Shown piece by piece: positions 47,327-56,697 of a DNA stretch of 64,000 nucleotides. The notes under the pieces are model-generated. The model did no database searches. It had not been told where the DNA came from and was given only the letters and a program-made list of their open reading frames with translations. Numbering within the stretch: position 1 is the stretch's first letter; every line of letters starts with the position of its first letter. The stretch is from Patescibacteria group bacterium. GTDB lineage: Bacteria; Pseudomonadota; Alphaproteobacteria; Paracaedibacterales; CAIULA01. The stretch covers positions 5,423 to 69,422 of the forward strand of contig JBIKLN010000004.1 of NCBI GenBank assembly GCA_044359765.1. The letters run 5' to 3'. The translations under genes were made by a program, and so were the position numbers.

Positions 47327-48589
47327 TCAATTATTCCACAGCTTTAAGGTTGGGTGCGATTCGCTTTCCAACATCAAGTAGGTGACGGCCCAAACCAATG
47401 CATCCATACGGTCTGGCGACTTTGCTGTAACTCCTGGAACATAGGTGCACATTTGGTTTTCCAGCTCCAACAAAGGTTTGACGTGGAATACTTTTTTCTG
47501 TTCATACAAGGCTGCCACAGGTTCGGCGCGGGTGTATTTACCCCGTGTGGCACGTACGGGCCTGTACGAAATGTGGGGCGCTACAGTTTTTAAAACACCT
47601 TCCACCAAATCTCCCCCTTTGTTTACTTCTGCCACCACACGATCAGCACCGTATTGAGAATAGGCTTTTGCCACTTTTTCACCCCAATGGTTGGGGCTAA
47701 AACGGCCGCTTATGTCATCTAAAATATACACGCAATTATTATGACCCAGGGCTGCAACCACAATGCCCGTTTCATCACTTTGGGCATGATGGGTGGTGGC
47801 GGGGTCAATGGCTATGACTACACGCTTAAATTCTTCTTTTGGATGTTCATAAACAATGGAAGAACGGCTCCACAACGCCCCTTGTTGTTCGCTCAGAACT
47901 TCTGCAAACAATTCCTGTTGACCCAAACGGGTATTTTCAAACTGCGCTTTTATTTGGGCCAAAAAAGTGGCAGATAAATTTTTTGTGTTATCAAAGGTGC
48001 TGCCTTTGGTGACAACGGTTGTTGGGTCATTCATGATTTGGGTCAAAAGCGGAATGGGGCGCGGTGTGGTTGTCACAATACAACGAGAGGGGCTTAGGCG
48101 TAGGCACAGCATAAGCTGTTGCCAGAATTCTTCTGCATAACGAAACTTGGCCAGTTCGTCTACCCAGGCTGTGTCAAATTCTGGCCCTCGAAGTTTTTCG
48201 TAATAGTCAGCACCGTACAAGGTTGCAAGGGCTCCACAAGGCCAACGAAGCTGATTTTTGGATGGTTCAAAAACAGGTCGTTCTTGGGTTGGGCAAATAT
48301 TCAAAAGGCCACTTTTTCCTTCCACCATAACACTGCGAACCTCCTGCAGGCTTTGTCCGATTAAGGCAATGCGTTTACTTTCTTTGTTGCGCACCCACAT
48401 TCGTATGGTTTCTGAACCTGCGCGGGTTTTTCCAAATCCACGGCCCGCCAAAATTAACCACGTATTCCAAATTCCCGAAGGGGGAAGCTGAGAAGGGCGG
48501 GCGTTTAAATGCCAGTCATAGGATTTTTCCTTTTCCTGTGCCAGATCTAGCGCCTTGTGAAAAAGTTCAAATAATTGGGGTGTAAGCAT
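47327..48589 (-). CDS. Phage/GTA-type terminase large subunit (RcGTA g2-like)
   Basis: Walker A LAGRGFGKTRAG and Walker B FDTAWVDELA are followed by a C-terminal RNaseH-like nuclease region (VIAIDPA...ETGIVV). The 420-aa ORF is intact. Confidence 0.8.
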   Translation of the reverse strand: MLTPQLFELFHKALDLAQEKEKSYDWHLNARPSQLPPSGIWNTWLILAGRGFGKTRAGSETIRMWVRNKESKRIALIGQSLQEVRSVMVEGKSGLLNICPTQERPVFEPSKNQLRWPCGALATLYGADYYEKLRGPEFDTAWVDELAKFRYAEEFWQQLMLCLRLSPSRCIVTTTPRPIPLLTQIMNDPTTVVTKGSTFDNTKNLSATFLAQIKAQFENTRLGQQELFAEVLSEQQGALWSRSSIVYEHPKEEFKRVVIAIDPATTHHAQSDETGIVVAALGHNNCVYILDDISGRFSPNHWGEKVAKAYSQYGADRVVAEVNKGGDLVEGVLKTVAPHISYRPVRATRGKYTRAEPVAALYEQKKVFHVKPLLELENQMCTYVPGVTAKSPDRMDALVWAVTYLMLESESHPTLKLWNN

Positions 48590-48678
48590 GAAAAACCAAA
48601 ATCTTAAAATTTTCTATTTCCCTACTTTGCCTTATTTTTTTTACATTAATTCAGAAAAAAAAGTCCTGGGCTTTTTAT

Positions 48679-48783
48679 TATAGCGAGATGACTCTTTTTT
48701 GAGTATAAAGTAGTCAAAAAAGCCTAGCAAAACCAATTGTTTTAGAAGATTTTGAAGGCCCAAATTATAGGAGTCTCGCTATA
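48679..48783 (+). mobile_element. MITE-like ~105-bp element, solo full copy
   Basis: It runs TATAGCGAGATGACTCTTTTTTGA...GGCCCAAATTATAGGAGTCTCGCTATA, with terminal inverted repeats TATAGCGAGA(TG)ACTC / GAGTCTCGCTATA. Confidence 0.55.
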
Positions 48784-48935
48784 AAGCTTGAAAGTCCACA
48801 GAGAACCTTAAGGGCAATTTTTTGCACTAATACCAAATTATTCCTGAAAATTTCTGAAACAGGAATCATTGTCATTGTTAATTTTAATAAAATTTGTTTA
48901 AATTTGTTGTGTTAAATTTTTTGAAAGGAATTTTT

Positions 48936-49745
48936 ATGATACGTACGTTTCTTGCCTCTCTTCTTGTGTGTTCTGCTTTAACAACATCCGCATTCAGCGC
49001 TGATAAAGGTGATGATAGTGGTGATGATTTAACTCGTTTATTACGTAATGGTAGGATTGTTGTAATATTTACCCCAGGAAATGGAGCGCATAACAGTAAT
49101 GTTGGTTTATGTTGCCTTCAAAGGGAATTAGCTAGTCTGAATGCTACAGCAAGAGACATGAACCGTAATCTCAAAGAGATTGTACTTTTAATGAGTGGAA
49201 GAGGCGCAGCAGGCGCAGCAGGAGCATATAGTTGTTGGGGGGGGGTTTTTGGTGATGATGATGACGTCAGCGCAGGGGATGTTGGTGAAGTCTTAGAAAG
49301 AATAAAAGAAGCTGAAGTAAAAGCTGCTGAAACAGTGGCAGAATTAGCGGTAGGTGCTGGATTGGCGGTGGAGCCTAATATATTGGATGAAGAACTAGCG
49401 AGAGCCTTTGGTCCTAATCCTGAGGCTACAAATCTTTTAAGTGCATCTGTGATTGCTGCAAAAGATGATGCTCAAGGTTCTGGATCTTCCTCTGGCTATA
49501 AACCCGATAGTGATAACGATGGAGATACTTCTCCTTCAACGGCTGTTGCAGCGCCCATGCCTGCCCCGTTAGATACTGCTCGACGTGGAGGAGTTGTGGG
49601 GCTTGCAGATCTTCCTAATTCAGTGCCAACAAATCCTGCATCAAGTCCTCGTAGCAATGCTACAATTGCCGAAAGCGATAATGAAACAGATGATGGTGAC
49701 GAATCAGATGACGACAGTACTAATGCAGTTCGGGAGAATGCTTAG
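48936..49745 (+). CDS. Secreted acidic Ala/Gly/Asp-rich protein of unknown function
   Basis: RBS AAAGGAA precedes ATG 48936, and the product has a signal peptide (MIRTFLASLLVCSALTTSAFSA). The mature part is low-complexity, with a DDSGDD-type N terminus and a D/E-rich C terminus. Confidence 0.55.
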   Translation: MIRTFLASLLVCSALTTSAFSADKGDDSGDDLTRLLRNGRIVVIFTPGNGAHNSNVGLCCLQRELASLNATARDMNRNLKEIVLLMSGRGAAGAAGAYSCWGGVFGDDDDVSAGDVGEVLERIKEAEVKAAETVAELAVGAGLAVEPNILDEELARAFGPNPEATNLLSASVIAAKDDAQGSGSSSGYKPDSDNDGDTSPSTAVAAPMPAPLDTARRGGVVGLADLPNSVPTNPASSPRSNATIAESDNETDDGDESDDDSTNAVRENA

Positions 49746-50965
49746 TTAGCTTTTTCCTTGTCTAATTCATACGGGTCGCTCCATTTTGGGTGGCCCGTAT
49801 CATCTACCCAAACGGTTATATACGTCATGTAAACGGGTATGGGTTTTTTAAGGGGGATGCCGCGTGTTTCCCCTTCTTTTATTTTTTTCAAAAACCATTT
49901 ATTTGTGTATTTTTCATTTCCCTGAAAGGCCCACGCAGCTAAGGAAAAGGGGTCTGACAGGCGAATGCACCCTGAAGAAAAAGCACGACTGGTTTTTTGA
50001 AATAACTCTGTGTTGGGCGTGCTGTGCAGGTAGATAGATTCCTTATTGTTCATATTAAATTTAATAGACCCCAAGGCATTGTGACTGCCAGGCAATTGTA
50101 TAATACGATAGGGAAAATAGGTTAATGACAATTCCTGCCAATCAACAGAGTTTGAGGAAACCTGCTGGCCATCCGAATCAATAATAATATAATTTCGTGT
50201 GTCTAAATAGGTTGGGTCGTTGATGGCCCGTTTTATTTTATCCTTCACAAAAATGCTGACAGGAACCCCCCACGATGGGTTCAAAACAATGCTATTTATA
50301 GAAGTTTGCAGCAGGGGCGTTTGTCGGCTGTACCTTCCCACAATAACAGGCTGGTTCTGTTCTGTGGTTTCCTCATTCATGGCGTATAAATGAAAAGTTG
50401 GAATATTTACCAACACGTACTTTTCCTTAAACAAGGGGCGCAATTTTTCAAAACGCTGTATGTTTTTTTCAATTTTCCTAAGGCGTTTTTGATAACTTAG
50501 GTTTAAGGCTTTGCAGGTTTTTGGGCCAATAAGACCATCAGGTTCTAAAAAATGATTTTTTTGAAATTCTTTCACAGCGTTTTCAACACGTTCATCAAAC
50601 ACGAAAGATTTTCTATTTCTTTTGTCGTACAACAGGTCGTGCAACTTCAGCTGCTGTCGTACTATAGAAATGACTGGCGTGGTTTGGCCGGGGCTTATTT
50701 TTTCCCCGCATTGAAACTGGGGCCATTTAGGGGTTTTTTTTAGTTTGGTTTTATACAGTTTTTTCAAATACTTAAGCCTATCCCACTGGTTAGATGGCAA
50801 AGGAGGGGGAGTGTCCACATCTTCCAGGGAAAGAATAATATCGTCATCATTTTGTGGGGTCAGGGCTTTTAGGTGGGCTTCATCTATTTTTGTGGCTAAA
50901 ACCGTAAGGGGAGCGCTGTGGCACGGCATGAAAACCATAAAAAATATGATGCCAAGAATTACCAT
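49742..50965 (-). CDS. L,D-transpeptidase (YkuD/YcbB-like) with peptidoglycan-binding domain
   Basis: A PG_binding_1-like segment (VKEFQKNHFLEPDGLIGPKT) is followed by the catalytic region GSHNALGSIKFNMNN..IYLHSTP...SSGCIRL. Confidence 0.85.
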   Translation of the reverse strand: MVILGIIFFMVFMPCHSAPLTVLATKIDEAHLKALTPQNDDDIILSLEDVDTPPPLPSNQWDRLKYLKKLYKTKLKKTPKWPQFQCGEKISPGQTTPVISIVRQQLKLHDLLYDKRNRKSFVFDERVENAVKEFQKNHFLEPDGLIGPKTCKALNLSYQKRLRKIEKNIQRFEKLRPLFKEKYVLVNIPTFHLYAMNEETTEQNQPVIVGRYSRQTPLLQTSINSIVLNPSWGVPVSIFVKDKIKRAINDPTYLDTRNYIIIDSDGQQVSSNSVDWQELSLTYFPYRIIQLPGSHNALGSIKFNMNNKESIYLHSTPNTELFQKTSRAFSSGCIRLSDPFSLAAWAFQGNEKYTNKWFLKKIKEGETRGIPLKKPIPVYMTYITVWVDDTGHPKWSDPYELDKEKAN

Positions 50966-51093
50966 TACAGATGGGTCTTTTTAATAAAATCCTTCATGTA
51001 TATAGAAAACCATGCGCACGGTTAAAAAATGGTAAATTTTTCCACTTTCCATGAATCAAGCGCCAGTTCTCTCTGATTTCTCATTTTGCACAA

Positions 51094-51370
51094 TTACGTT
51101 GTTTATTTTTTTGAGTTTGAGGCTCAAAATTAAATCTTTGTTAACCTTTTAGGCTATACCTCCCACCTCCGGCCCCCGGCCGCCCTGGGGATATATGATT
51201 ATTTTTACAAAAAATTGGTTAAAAAATAATTAATTGAGTTTAAAAAATTTCAAAAAATAAAAATTATTTTAAAGAATGATGCAAAAACATCACACTCATT
51301 CAAAAAAGCCTAACAAAATCAATGGTTTTAAGAGGGGTGTGGAGGCCCAAATTATAGGAGTCTCGCTATA
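51094..51370 (+). repeat. Composite ~280-bp intergenic repeat, copy C
   Basis: It is collinear with copy A (13710-13988) over its entire length, including the GC core at 51157-51193 and the right end ...GGAGGCCCAAATTATAGGAGTCTCGCTATA. Confidence 0.85.
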
Positions 51371-51411
51371 AAATTAAAAAAAAATTATTCATTATCGACA
51401 TTTTTTTATAG

Positions 51412-51431
51412 ATTCCCGCCTGCGCGGGAAT
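51412..51431. repeat. REP-like palindrome ATTCCCGC-CTGC-GCGGGAAT
   Basis: It has a perfect 8-bp stem and a 4-nt loop. Confidence 0.8.
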
Positions 51432-51526
51432 GACATCAAATTGCGTTCTTATACGTAACATAAAAACTCTACGAAAAATATTTTCTCAACCGAGATTTTA
51501 TTTCCTTAATTACTTAAATGATGTCG

Positions 51527-51544
51527 CCCCCGCGCAGGCGGGGG
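51527..51544. repeat. REP-like palindrome CCCCCGC-GCAG-GCGGGGG
   Basis: It has a perfect 7-bp GC stem and a 4-nt loop. Confidence 0.8.
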
Positions 51545-51607
51545 TCCACAAAAGCATAAAAAACATAGTTGACGACATGGAATTGTGTTTTTATACGTAA
51601 AAATACA

Positions 51608-52552
51608 TCAAGTACTTAGGAATTTTTCCCCCAACTGTTTGCCAACAATTTGTGGGGTGGCTAAGGGCCCGCTGTGCTCATAAAACCGAAGGGGTTCATT
51701 TTCGTTTTGGGCATAGCATGCCTTCATATACAAAACATGGTCACGTACATGGCTTATGCAACCTACGGCCGTATGGCAATGTGCCTGGAGAGTTTCCAAA
51801 AAGGCCCGCTCTGCCTGGACGCGTATATACAAGGCTCCATCGTGAATACTGTGCAGCAATTTTTGAATTTTTTCCTTATGTTCGCAACAATCAACGGCTA
51901 AAATTCCTTGCCCAATGGCAGGAAGCATTTGGGAAAAAGGAATAGGGGCCGCAGGTAAGGAAAAGGGGGAACGTACATTTTCCTCTCCAGGTTCCCATAA
52001 ACCCAAACGTTTTAAGCCCGCACCCGCCAAAACAATGGCGTGAAACAGCCCATCCTTTAGTTTTCTTAAGCGTGTTTCCACATTGCCACGCAGGGGGCTT
52101 ATGGTAAGGTCAGGCCTAAGTTTTAAAAGTTGTGCTGAACGACGGGGCGAACAGGTGCCCACAATAGCGTTCGGGGGCAGCTCCAAAATATGAGGGGTGT
52201 GGCACGTTTGTGTAATAAGCACATCATCAGGAATTTCACCCCCCAAAACGCAAGACAGACGAATGCCATTGTGCGTGTTTGCTTCTAAATCTTTCAAGGA
52301 ATGCACGGCAAAATGAATATGTTCATTTAAAAGTTGAGTATGAATTTCCTTTGAAAACAGCGCTTTCCCGCCCATATGGGACAAGCTTTTGTTTTGATTT
52401 TTGTCACCACTGGTTAAAATGCCCACACATTCAAAACAACCAGCAAGGTGTGGGTTTTTGTTCGTCAATGCCTCAATAACCAACTGTGTTTGAGCCATGG
52501 CCAGGGGGCTTGTACGCGTTCCTACGTATATTTTTTCAAAATGTTGTGTCAC
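51608..52552 (-). CDS. hemC: Hydroxymethylbilane synthase (porphobilinogen deaminase)
   Basis: VGTRTSPLAMAQT, HSLKDL and a C-terminal cofactor-Cys region are present, and the 314-aa length fits HemC. Confidence 0.9.
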   Translation of the reverse strand: MTQHFEKIYVGTRTSPLAMAQTQLVIEALTNKNPHLAGCFECVGILTSGDKNQNKSLSHMGGKALFSKEIHTQLLNEHIHFAVHSLKDLEANTHNGIRLSCVLGGEIPDDVLITQTCHTPHILELPPNAIVGTCSPRRSAQLLKLRPDLTISPLRGNVETRLRKLKDGLFHAIVLAGAGLKRLGLWEPGEENVRSPFSLPAAPIPFSQMLPAIGQGILAVDCCEHKEKIQKLLHSIHDGALYIRVQAERAFLETLQAHCHTAVGCISHVRDHVLYMKACYAQNENEPLRFYEHSGPLATPQIVGKQLGEKFLST

Positions 52553-52632
52553 GTAAGCTTTAATGATTTAAAAAAAATTTAGTAAATACTATGCTAAATA
52601 TGTGTTGAAATCAAAATGTTTGCAGGGAGCCT

Positions 52633-53421
52633 ATGAAAGCACGTATTTCTATTCTTTTCACAGTTACTATTTTTTTCGCAGGGGCAGCATTTTTTTTCTT
52701 AAAAAACAAAGGTTCAGCAACCTTGTCTGCGCCTGCCCATAACCTGGAAAGAAAACCCTTAGAATCTGACATTATTAAGCCTTTGGCTGATATGACGTTG
52801 GGTGATGAAGCCGCCCCCCACACATTGGTAACGTATTTCGCCCCTTCTTGCCCCCATTGTTCTGGCTACGAACAAGAAGACTTTCCAAAGGTTGAGGATG
52901 CTTTTGTAAAAACAGGGAAACTGCGGGTTGTTTTTCGTATTATCCCCATGAATGAACTGGACTTTTTTGTGGCTCGGTTGTGCTACGGGTCTCAAGACGC
53001 CTTGAAAAATATTATGTTCTTTTTGAAAAACCAAGACAGTTGGCTAAAGCCAGTTCTTGAAAAACCAGAAAAAAAGACCAAGCTTTTAGCCCATTATGAA
53101 AAAACCGTGGCGGACAAGTTAGGCATGAATGTTTCAGATTTACAAGAAACCCTTAAAAAGGAAATGGATCTGAAAAAGGATATGGCATTTTTAATGTTAT
53201 TTGCCTTAGAAAATGGGTTTTCCATGGATGCGGTGAAAAAGGCTGTTTACGATGACCAAGAATTTGACAATTCTTTGGCCATGGGGGGTATTAGTTTTAA
53301 ACGTCGTAATGGAACTGATATTACGGAAGTTCCCTTCTTTTCCATTGATGGATACGACATAGAGGGGTTGGCCACATTAGATGTTTTGGAAAAACAGCTG
53401 CGTTTCTTTCAAAAAACGTGA
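52633..53421 (+). CDS. DsbA-family thiol:disulfide oxidoreductase
   Basis: The product has a signal or anchor helix and a thioredoxin-fold CPHC active site (FAPSCPHCSGY). Confidence 0.8.
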   Translation: MKARISILFTVTIFFAGAAFFFLKNKGSATLSAPAHNLERKPLESDIIKPLADMTLGDEAAPHTLVTYFAPSCPHCSGYEQEDFPKVEDAFVKTGKLRVVFRIIPMNELDFFVARLCYGSQDALKNIMFFLKNQDSWLKPVLEKPEKKTKLLAHYEKTVADKLGMNVSDLQETLKKEMDLKKDMAFLMLFALENGFSMDAVKKAVYDDQEFDNSLAMGGISFKRRNGTDITEVPFFSIDGYDIEGLATLDVLEKQLRFFQKT

Positions 53422-53457
53422 AAAAAGTTTAGCCCCTTAAGAAGGGTTTGAACCCAC

Positions 53458-55434
53458 CTACCACCTATATTCGAATTTTATGCTTCCTGTTATGCTTTTT
53501 TGCCCTTTTGTTAGACTAGTCATAACACCAGGGACCACTTTCCAGTGGTTTTTTGTATGCAATAAGGACCCATACATGGACAGGTAATGGGTTACGTTGC
53601 TGCCCCGACTGCTGCTGCTGGTAATGCCATTGGGCACTGTGTCAGAATAAATGGTGGTGCGGCTTTTTCCGTTACCTGATTTTCGGCCCATTTCGTATTT
53701 AAAGGTTACCTTGCCCTCCAAATCTTCAGAACGCCACACCTTACGCAGCCCTAGGCCCCCGTACGCTTCACCGTCCTTTGTAATTTGGGGCCGATACCGT
53801 TGGCCAAAAACACCTGCATTTCGTTCTTCAATTTTTGTGCGCTTTTGACCATTTATCTGCAAACCAAGGGCAGGCCTTAAAGAATACCCATCTTGCAACC
53901 GAAACACGTGGCCAAATTCGTTACGCCACGCCAAAGCATAGGTATTGTAGTCTGAAACGGCTATATAGCTTTGGCTGGGGCTGGGGTTTCCTTGGCGCAG
54001 CTGCTGTTTTTTAATAAGCATAGTGCTTAGGTTAGATTCCAGTTCAAATAATTTATCAAAAAAGGGTTTGCGCACGGCAACACCCATCATCATGCTTTTG
54101 CCATTGGTATGACTGTTGGCGGACCGTTCCATTTGGGTTTTTGAGGCCCCAAACCCCATCATGGTGGTAATATTGGCATTCAGGCTTTTGAAAAAATGGC
54201 TCACGCCCATAACAAGGCCATAGTATTTTTCCGTGTATCCGTCCTTGTACCCGCCAGCTCCTGTGTTTTTTACATACGTACTGTAGGGGGCGGCCCACAC
54301 ACGATAATCCCCTTTGAATTTAAAAATTTTAGCGCCATCTTCCTGAGACAGGGCTGTCACCATAGCCTCGTACGGGTCTTTTGGGTTTTCCCGTATGGCT
54401 TTTACCATGCGCCGCCGTGCCGCCTGTATGTCGTAAGATGTGGGGGCGAATTGACTGCTCATTTCCGTTGTCATGCTTTGCATGGTGGTTAAAACGTCCA
54501 TGGCACCCGATGTTTCCACTTCGTTAGAAACCTGGGGGGTGGTGGCTGTGGGCACAAGGTTGATAATAACCTTGCCACTCTCAATACTCACACCATTAGA
54601 ACCAGAATTTGATGTGCGAACTACTTCAGTAAATGGACTACTGTTTTGAACGGTTATGCTGCTTGGGTCCCCCGTTAGCGTACCTATGGTGAATAGGGGG
54701 ACTGTATTTTGATTTTGGCCAGAATACACAACATGAATAACCTTATCACCACCGTCTACAAGGTTTAGGGTTCCAATGTGCGTTGTTCCAAAACTATTAC
54801 CTCCAGAAAATTTCAAAGCCCCCTGATGCCAATTAAAAGTCCCAATGGTCGTTTGGGAAGCAGCCCCACCTAAATAAATGGCACCTGTGTAATTATTAAT
54901 TACATAGTTAGGTTGTGCATTCAATGTAACAGTATCAATGGTTGTGGCTTTATTCTGTTGGTCTTCGTTTTGAAAAGTAACACGACCCCCTCCTGTAACG
55001 GACAGACCACCCGTAATGGTGTTTGTAGCGTAATCGAGGGTACTGGTGCCATCCCCGCTAACAAATAGACCACCCGTGATGGTGTTTTCGCCAGCATTGA
55101 GATTGGCGCCACCACTTGTAACGGACATACCACCCGTGATGGTGTTTTTAGCCCAATAGAGGATTGCATCACCAGATTCTATTTTTAGGGCGTATTCCTT
55201 TGATGGTGATTTATTAAAAATATTGGTTCGTAGCTGACCTGAGTGACCAGGGCCAGGGTCGCTAGCATTCGGATTAGTCGTTTTTTCATTAAAGATCCAC
55301 CCACTATTATTAAGAATACTATCTGTATACGTATACGAAGAAGGAGAAGGAGAATTACTGTGCGCTAGGGATGTGAGTAAGGTTGCTGTTAAAAATGTCA
55401 GGGTTGCGTGTTTTTTTAAAAAAATTTTTGCCAT
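53458..55434 (-). CDS. Autotransporter (type Va) outer-membrane protein
   Basis: A signal peptide follows ATG 55434 (MAKIFLKKHATLTFLTATLLTSLAHS). The passenger carries NTITGG(L/M)SVTxGG repeats. The C-terminal beta-barrel ends ...IKFEYRW. Confidence 0.8.
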   Translation of the reverse strand: MAKIFLKKHATLTFLTATLLTSLAHSNSPSPSSYTYTDSILNNSGWIFNEKTTNPNASDPGPGHSGQLRTNIFNKSPSKEYALKIESGDAILYWAKNTITGGMSVTSGGANLNAGENTITGGLFVSGDGTSTLDYATNTITGGLSVTGGGRVTFQNEDQQNKATTIDTVTLNAQPNYVINNYTGAIYLGGAASQTTIGTFNWHQGALKFSGGNSFGTTHIGTLNLVDGGDKVIHVVYSGQNQNTVPLFTIGTLTGDPSSITVQNSSPFTEVVRTSNSGSNGVSIESGKVIINLVPTATTPQVSNEVETSGAMDVLTTMQSMTTEMSSQFAPTSYDIQAARRRMVKAIRENPKDPYEAMVTALSQEDGAKIFKFKGDYRVWAAPYSTYVKNTGAGGYKDGYTEKYYGLVMGVSHFFKSLNANITTMMGFGASKTQMERSANSHTNGKSMMMGVAVRKPFFDKLFELESNLSTMLIKKQQLRQGNPSPSQSYIAVSDYNTYALAWRNEFGHVFRLQDGYSLRPALGLQINGQKRTKIEERNAGVFGQRYRPQITKDGEAYGGLGLRKVWRSEDLEGKVTFKYEMGRKSGNGKSRTTIYSDTVPNGITSSSSRGSNVTHYLSMYGSLLHTKNHWKVVPGVMTSLTKGQKSITGSIKFEYRW

Positions 55435-55560
55435 TGGGTTATGTACAATTTTTAGACTCGTGCATTTATGGTAAGGGGGAATGGCGTGTGGATTCAATTT
55501 ATTTAAATAAATTTTTATGAAAATTTTTTATATCTCCAAAAGTGGCGCGTTTGTAAACTC

Positions 55561-55589
55561 TTGACTTGGGACCACTTTTATTATTATAA
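55561..55589 (+). promoter_or_regulatory. Candidate sigma70-type promoter for tRNA-Lys
   Basis: TTGACT (55561-55566), a 17-nt spacer and TTATAA (55584-55589) lie about 25 nt upstream of the tRNA 5' end. Confidence 0.4.
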
Positions 55590-55614
55590 ATTAACACAAG
55601 TTCCTTAATGGATA

Positions 55615-55690
55615 GGGCCCTTAGCTCAGTTGGTAGAGCATCTGACTTTTAATCAGGGGGTCGAAGGTTCGAATCCTTCAGGGCCCACCA
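55615..55690 (+). tRNA. tRNA-Lys (anticodon UUU)
   Basis: The 76-nt sequence folds as a cloverleaf. Acceptor is GGGCCCT/AGGGCCC, D stem GCTC/GAGC, anticodon loop CTTTTAA, T arm GAAGG-TTCGAAT-CCTTC, and CCA is encoded. Confidence 0.92.
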
Positions 55691-55791
55691 AGGAAGTTAG
55701 GGAATTTTCGTTCCCACCCTCTTTTGCCGTTTTTTGGCACTAGACCCCTTATTCTTCCCTAACACGCTCAAAAATTAGCAACAAGGTTTAT

Positions 55792-56685
55792 ATGCAGCTT
55801 GGTTTAAAAATAGATGTGGATTCAGAACGGGGCACCCGTATTGGCGTTCCCAATTTACTAAAAGTTCTGGCAAAATATGGATACGAAGGAACCTTTCTTT
55901 TTTCTATGGGTCCTGACAACACAGGTCGTGCTATTCGTCGTATTTTTCGTCCAGGTTTTTTCCAAAAAGTTCAACGCACCAGTGTAATAAAGGTCTATGG
56001 TTTACGTACCTTAATGAATGGTATTTTATGGCCTGGCCCCCATATTGCACAAAAACATGGCCACATTATGCGGCAGGTGCGCCATATAAACCACGAAGTA
56101 GGCGTACATTGTTACGACCACGTATATTGGCAAGATTACCTACACACATTGCCCGAACATAAAGTGCGCGAACAGTTAAATTTAGCCCACAAGTGTTTCA
56201 AGGATGTGTTTAGTTTTTCCCCCAAAACCTTTGGTTCTGCTGGGTGGCAGGCGTCACGCCACAGTCTGGCCTGTTATGATGATTTCAACCTGTTATATGC
56301 CAGCGACACCCGAGGAACTAAACCCTTTTTCCCCGTCATGGGCCACCGCACCTTTAAAACCCTCCAGATTCCAACAACACTGCCAACCTTAGATGAACTG
56401 TTGGGTCGTCCAGAGTATCCATTTGACGACCTAATAGGCCATTATATGGGGTTAATTCAAAAAAGTTCTTTTAATGTGCTAACTATTCATGCTGAACTAG
56501 AGGGTATGGCATATCTTGATTGGTTTGACGAGTTTTTAAAAGAATGTTCACAACAAAAGATTCAATGTGTCCCCTTACGTCTTATGGCCGAACAACTTTT
56601 GGAAAACAAACAAAACATTCCAATTCTGCCCCTTATTCAGGGCCAAATAGATGGGCGTTCAGGAACCTTAGCCATGCATGGGTAA
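55792..56685 (+). CDS. arnD: ArnD-like polysaccharide deacetylase (4-deoxy-4-formamido-L-arabinose-phosphoundecaprenol deformylase family)
   Basis: By recollection it is collinear with E. coli ArnD. Shared segments are GLKIDVD..RGTR.GVP.LL, FS.GPDN.GR, HEVG.H..DH, IP.TLPT.DE and TIHAE.EG. Confidence 0.65.
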   Translation: MQLGLKIDVDSERGTRIGVPNLLKVLAKYGYEGTFLFSMGPDNTGRAIRRIFRPGFFQKVQRTSVIKVYGLRTLMNGILWPGPHIAQKHGHIMRQVRHINHEVGVHCYDHVYWQDYLHTLPEHKVREQLNLAHKCFKDVFSFSPKTFGSAGWQASRHSLACYDDFNLLYASDTRGTKPFFPVMGHRTFKTLQIPTTLPTLDELLGRPEYPFDDLIGHYMGLIQKSSFNVLTIHAELEGMAYLDWFDEFLKECSQQKIQCVPLRLMAEQLLENKQNIPILPLIQGQIDGRSGTLAMHG

Positions 56686-56697
56686 TGTGGTGACTGT

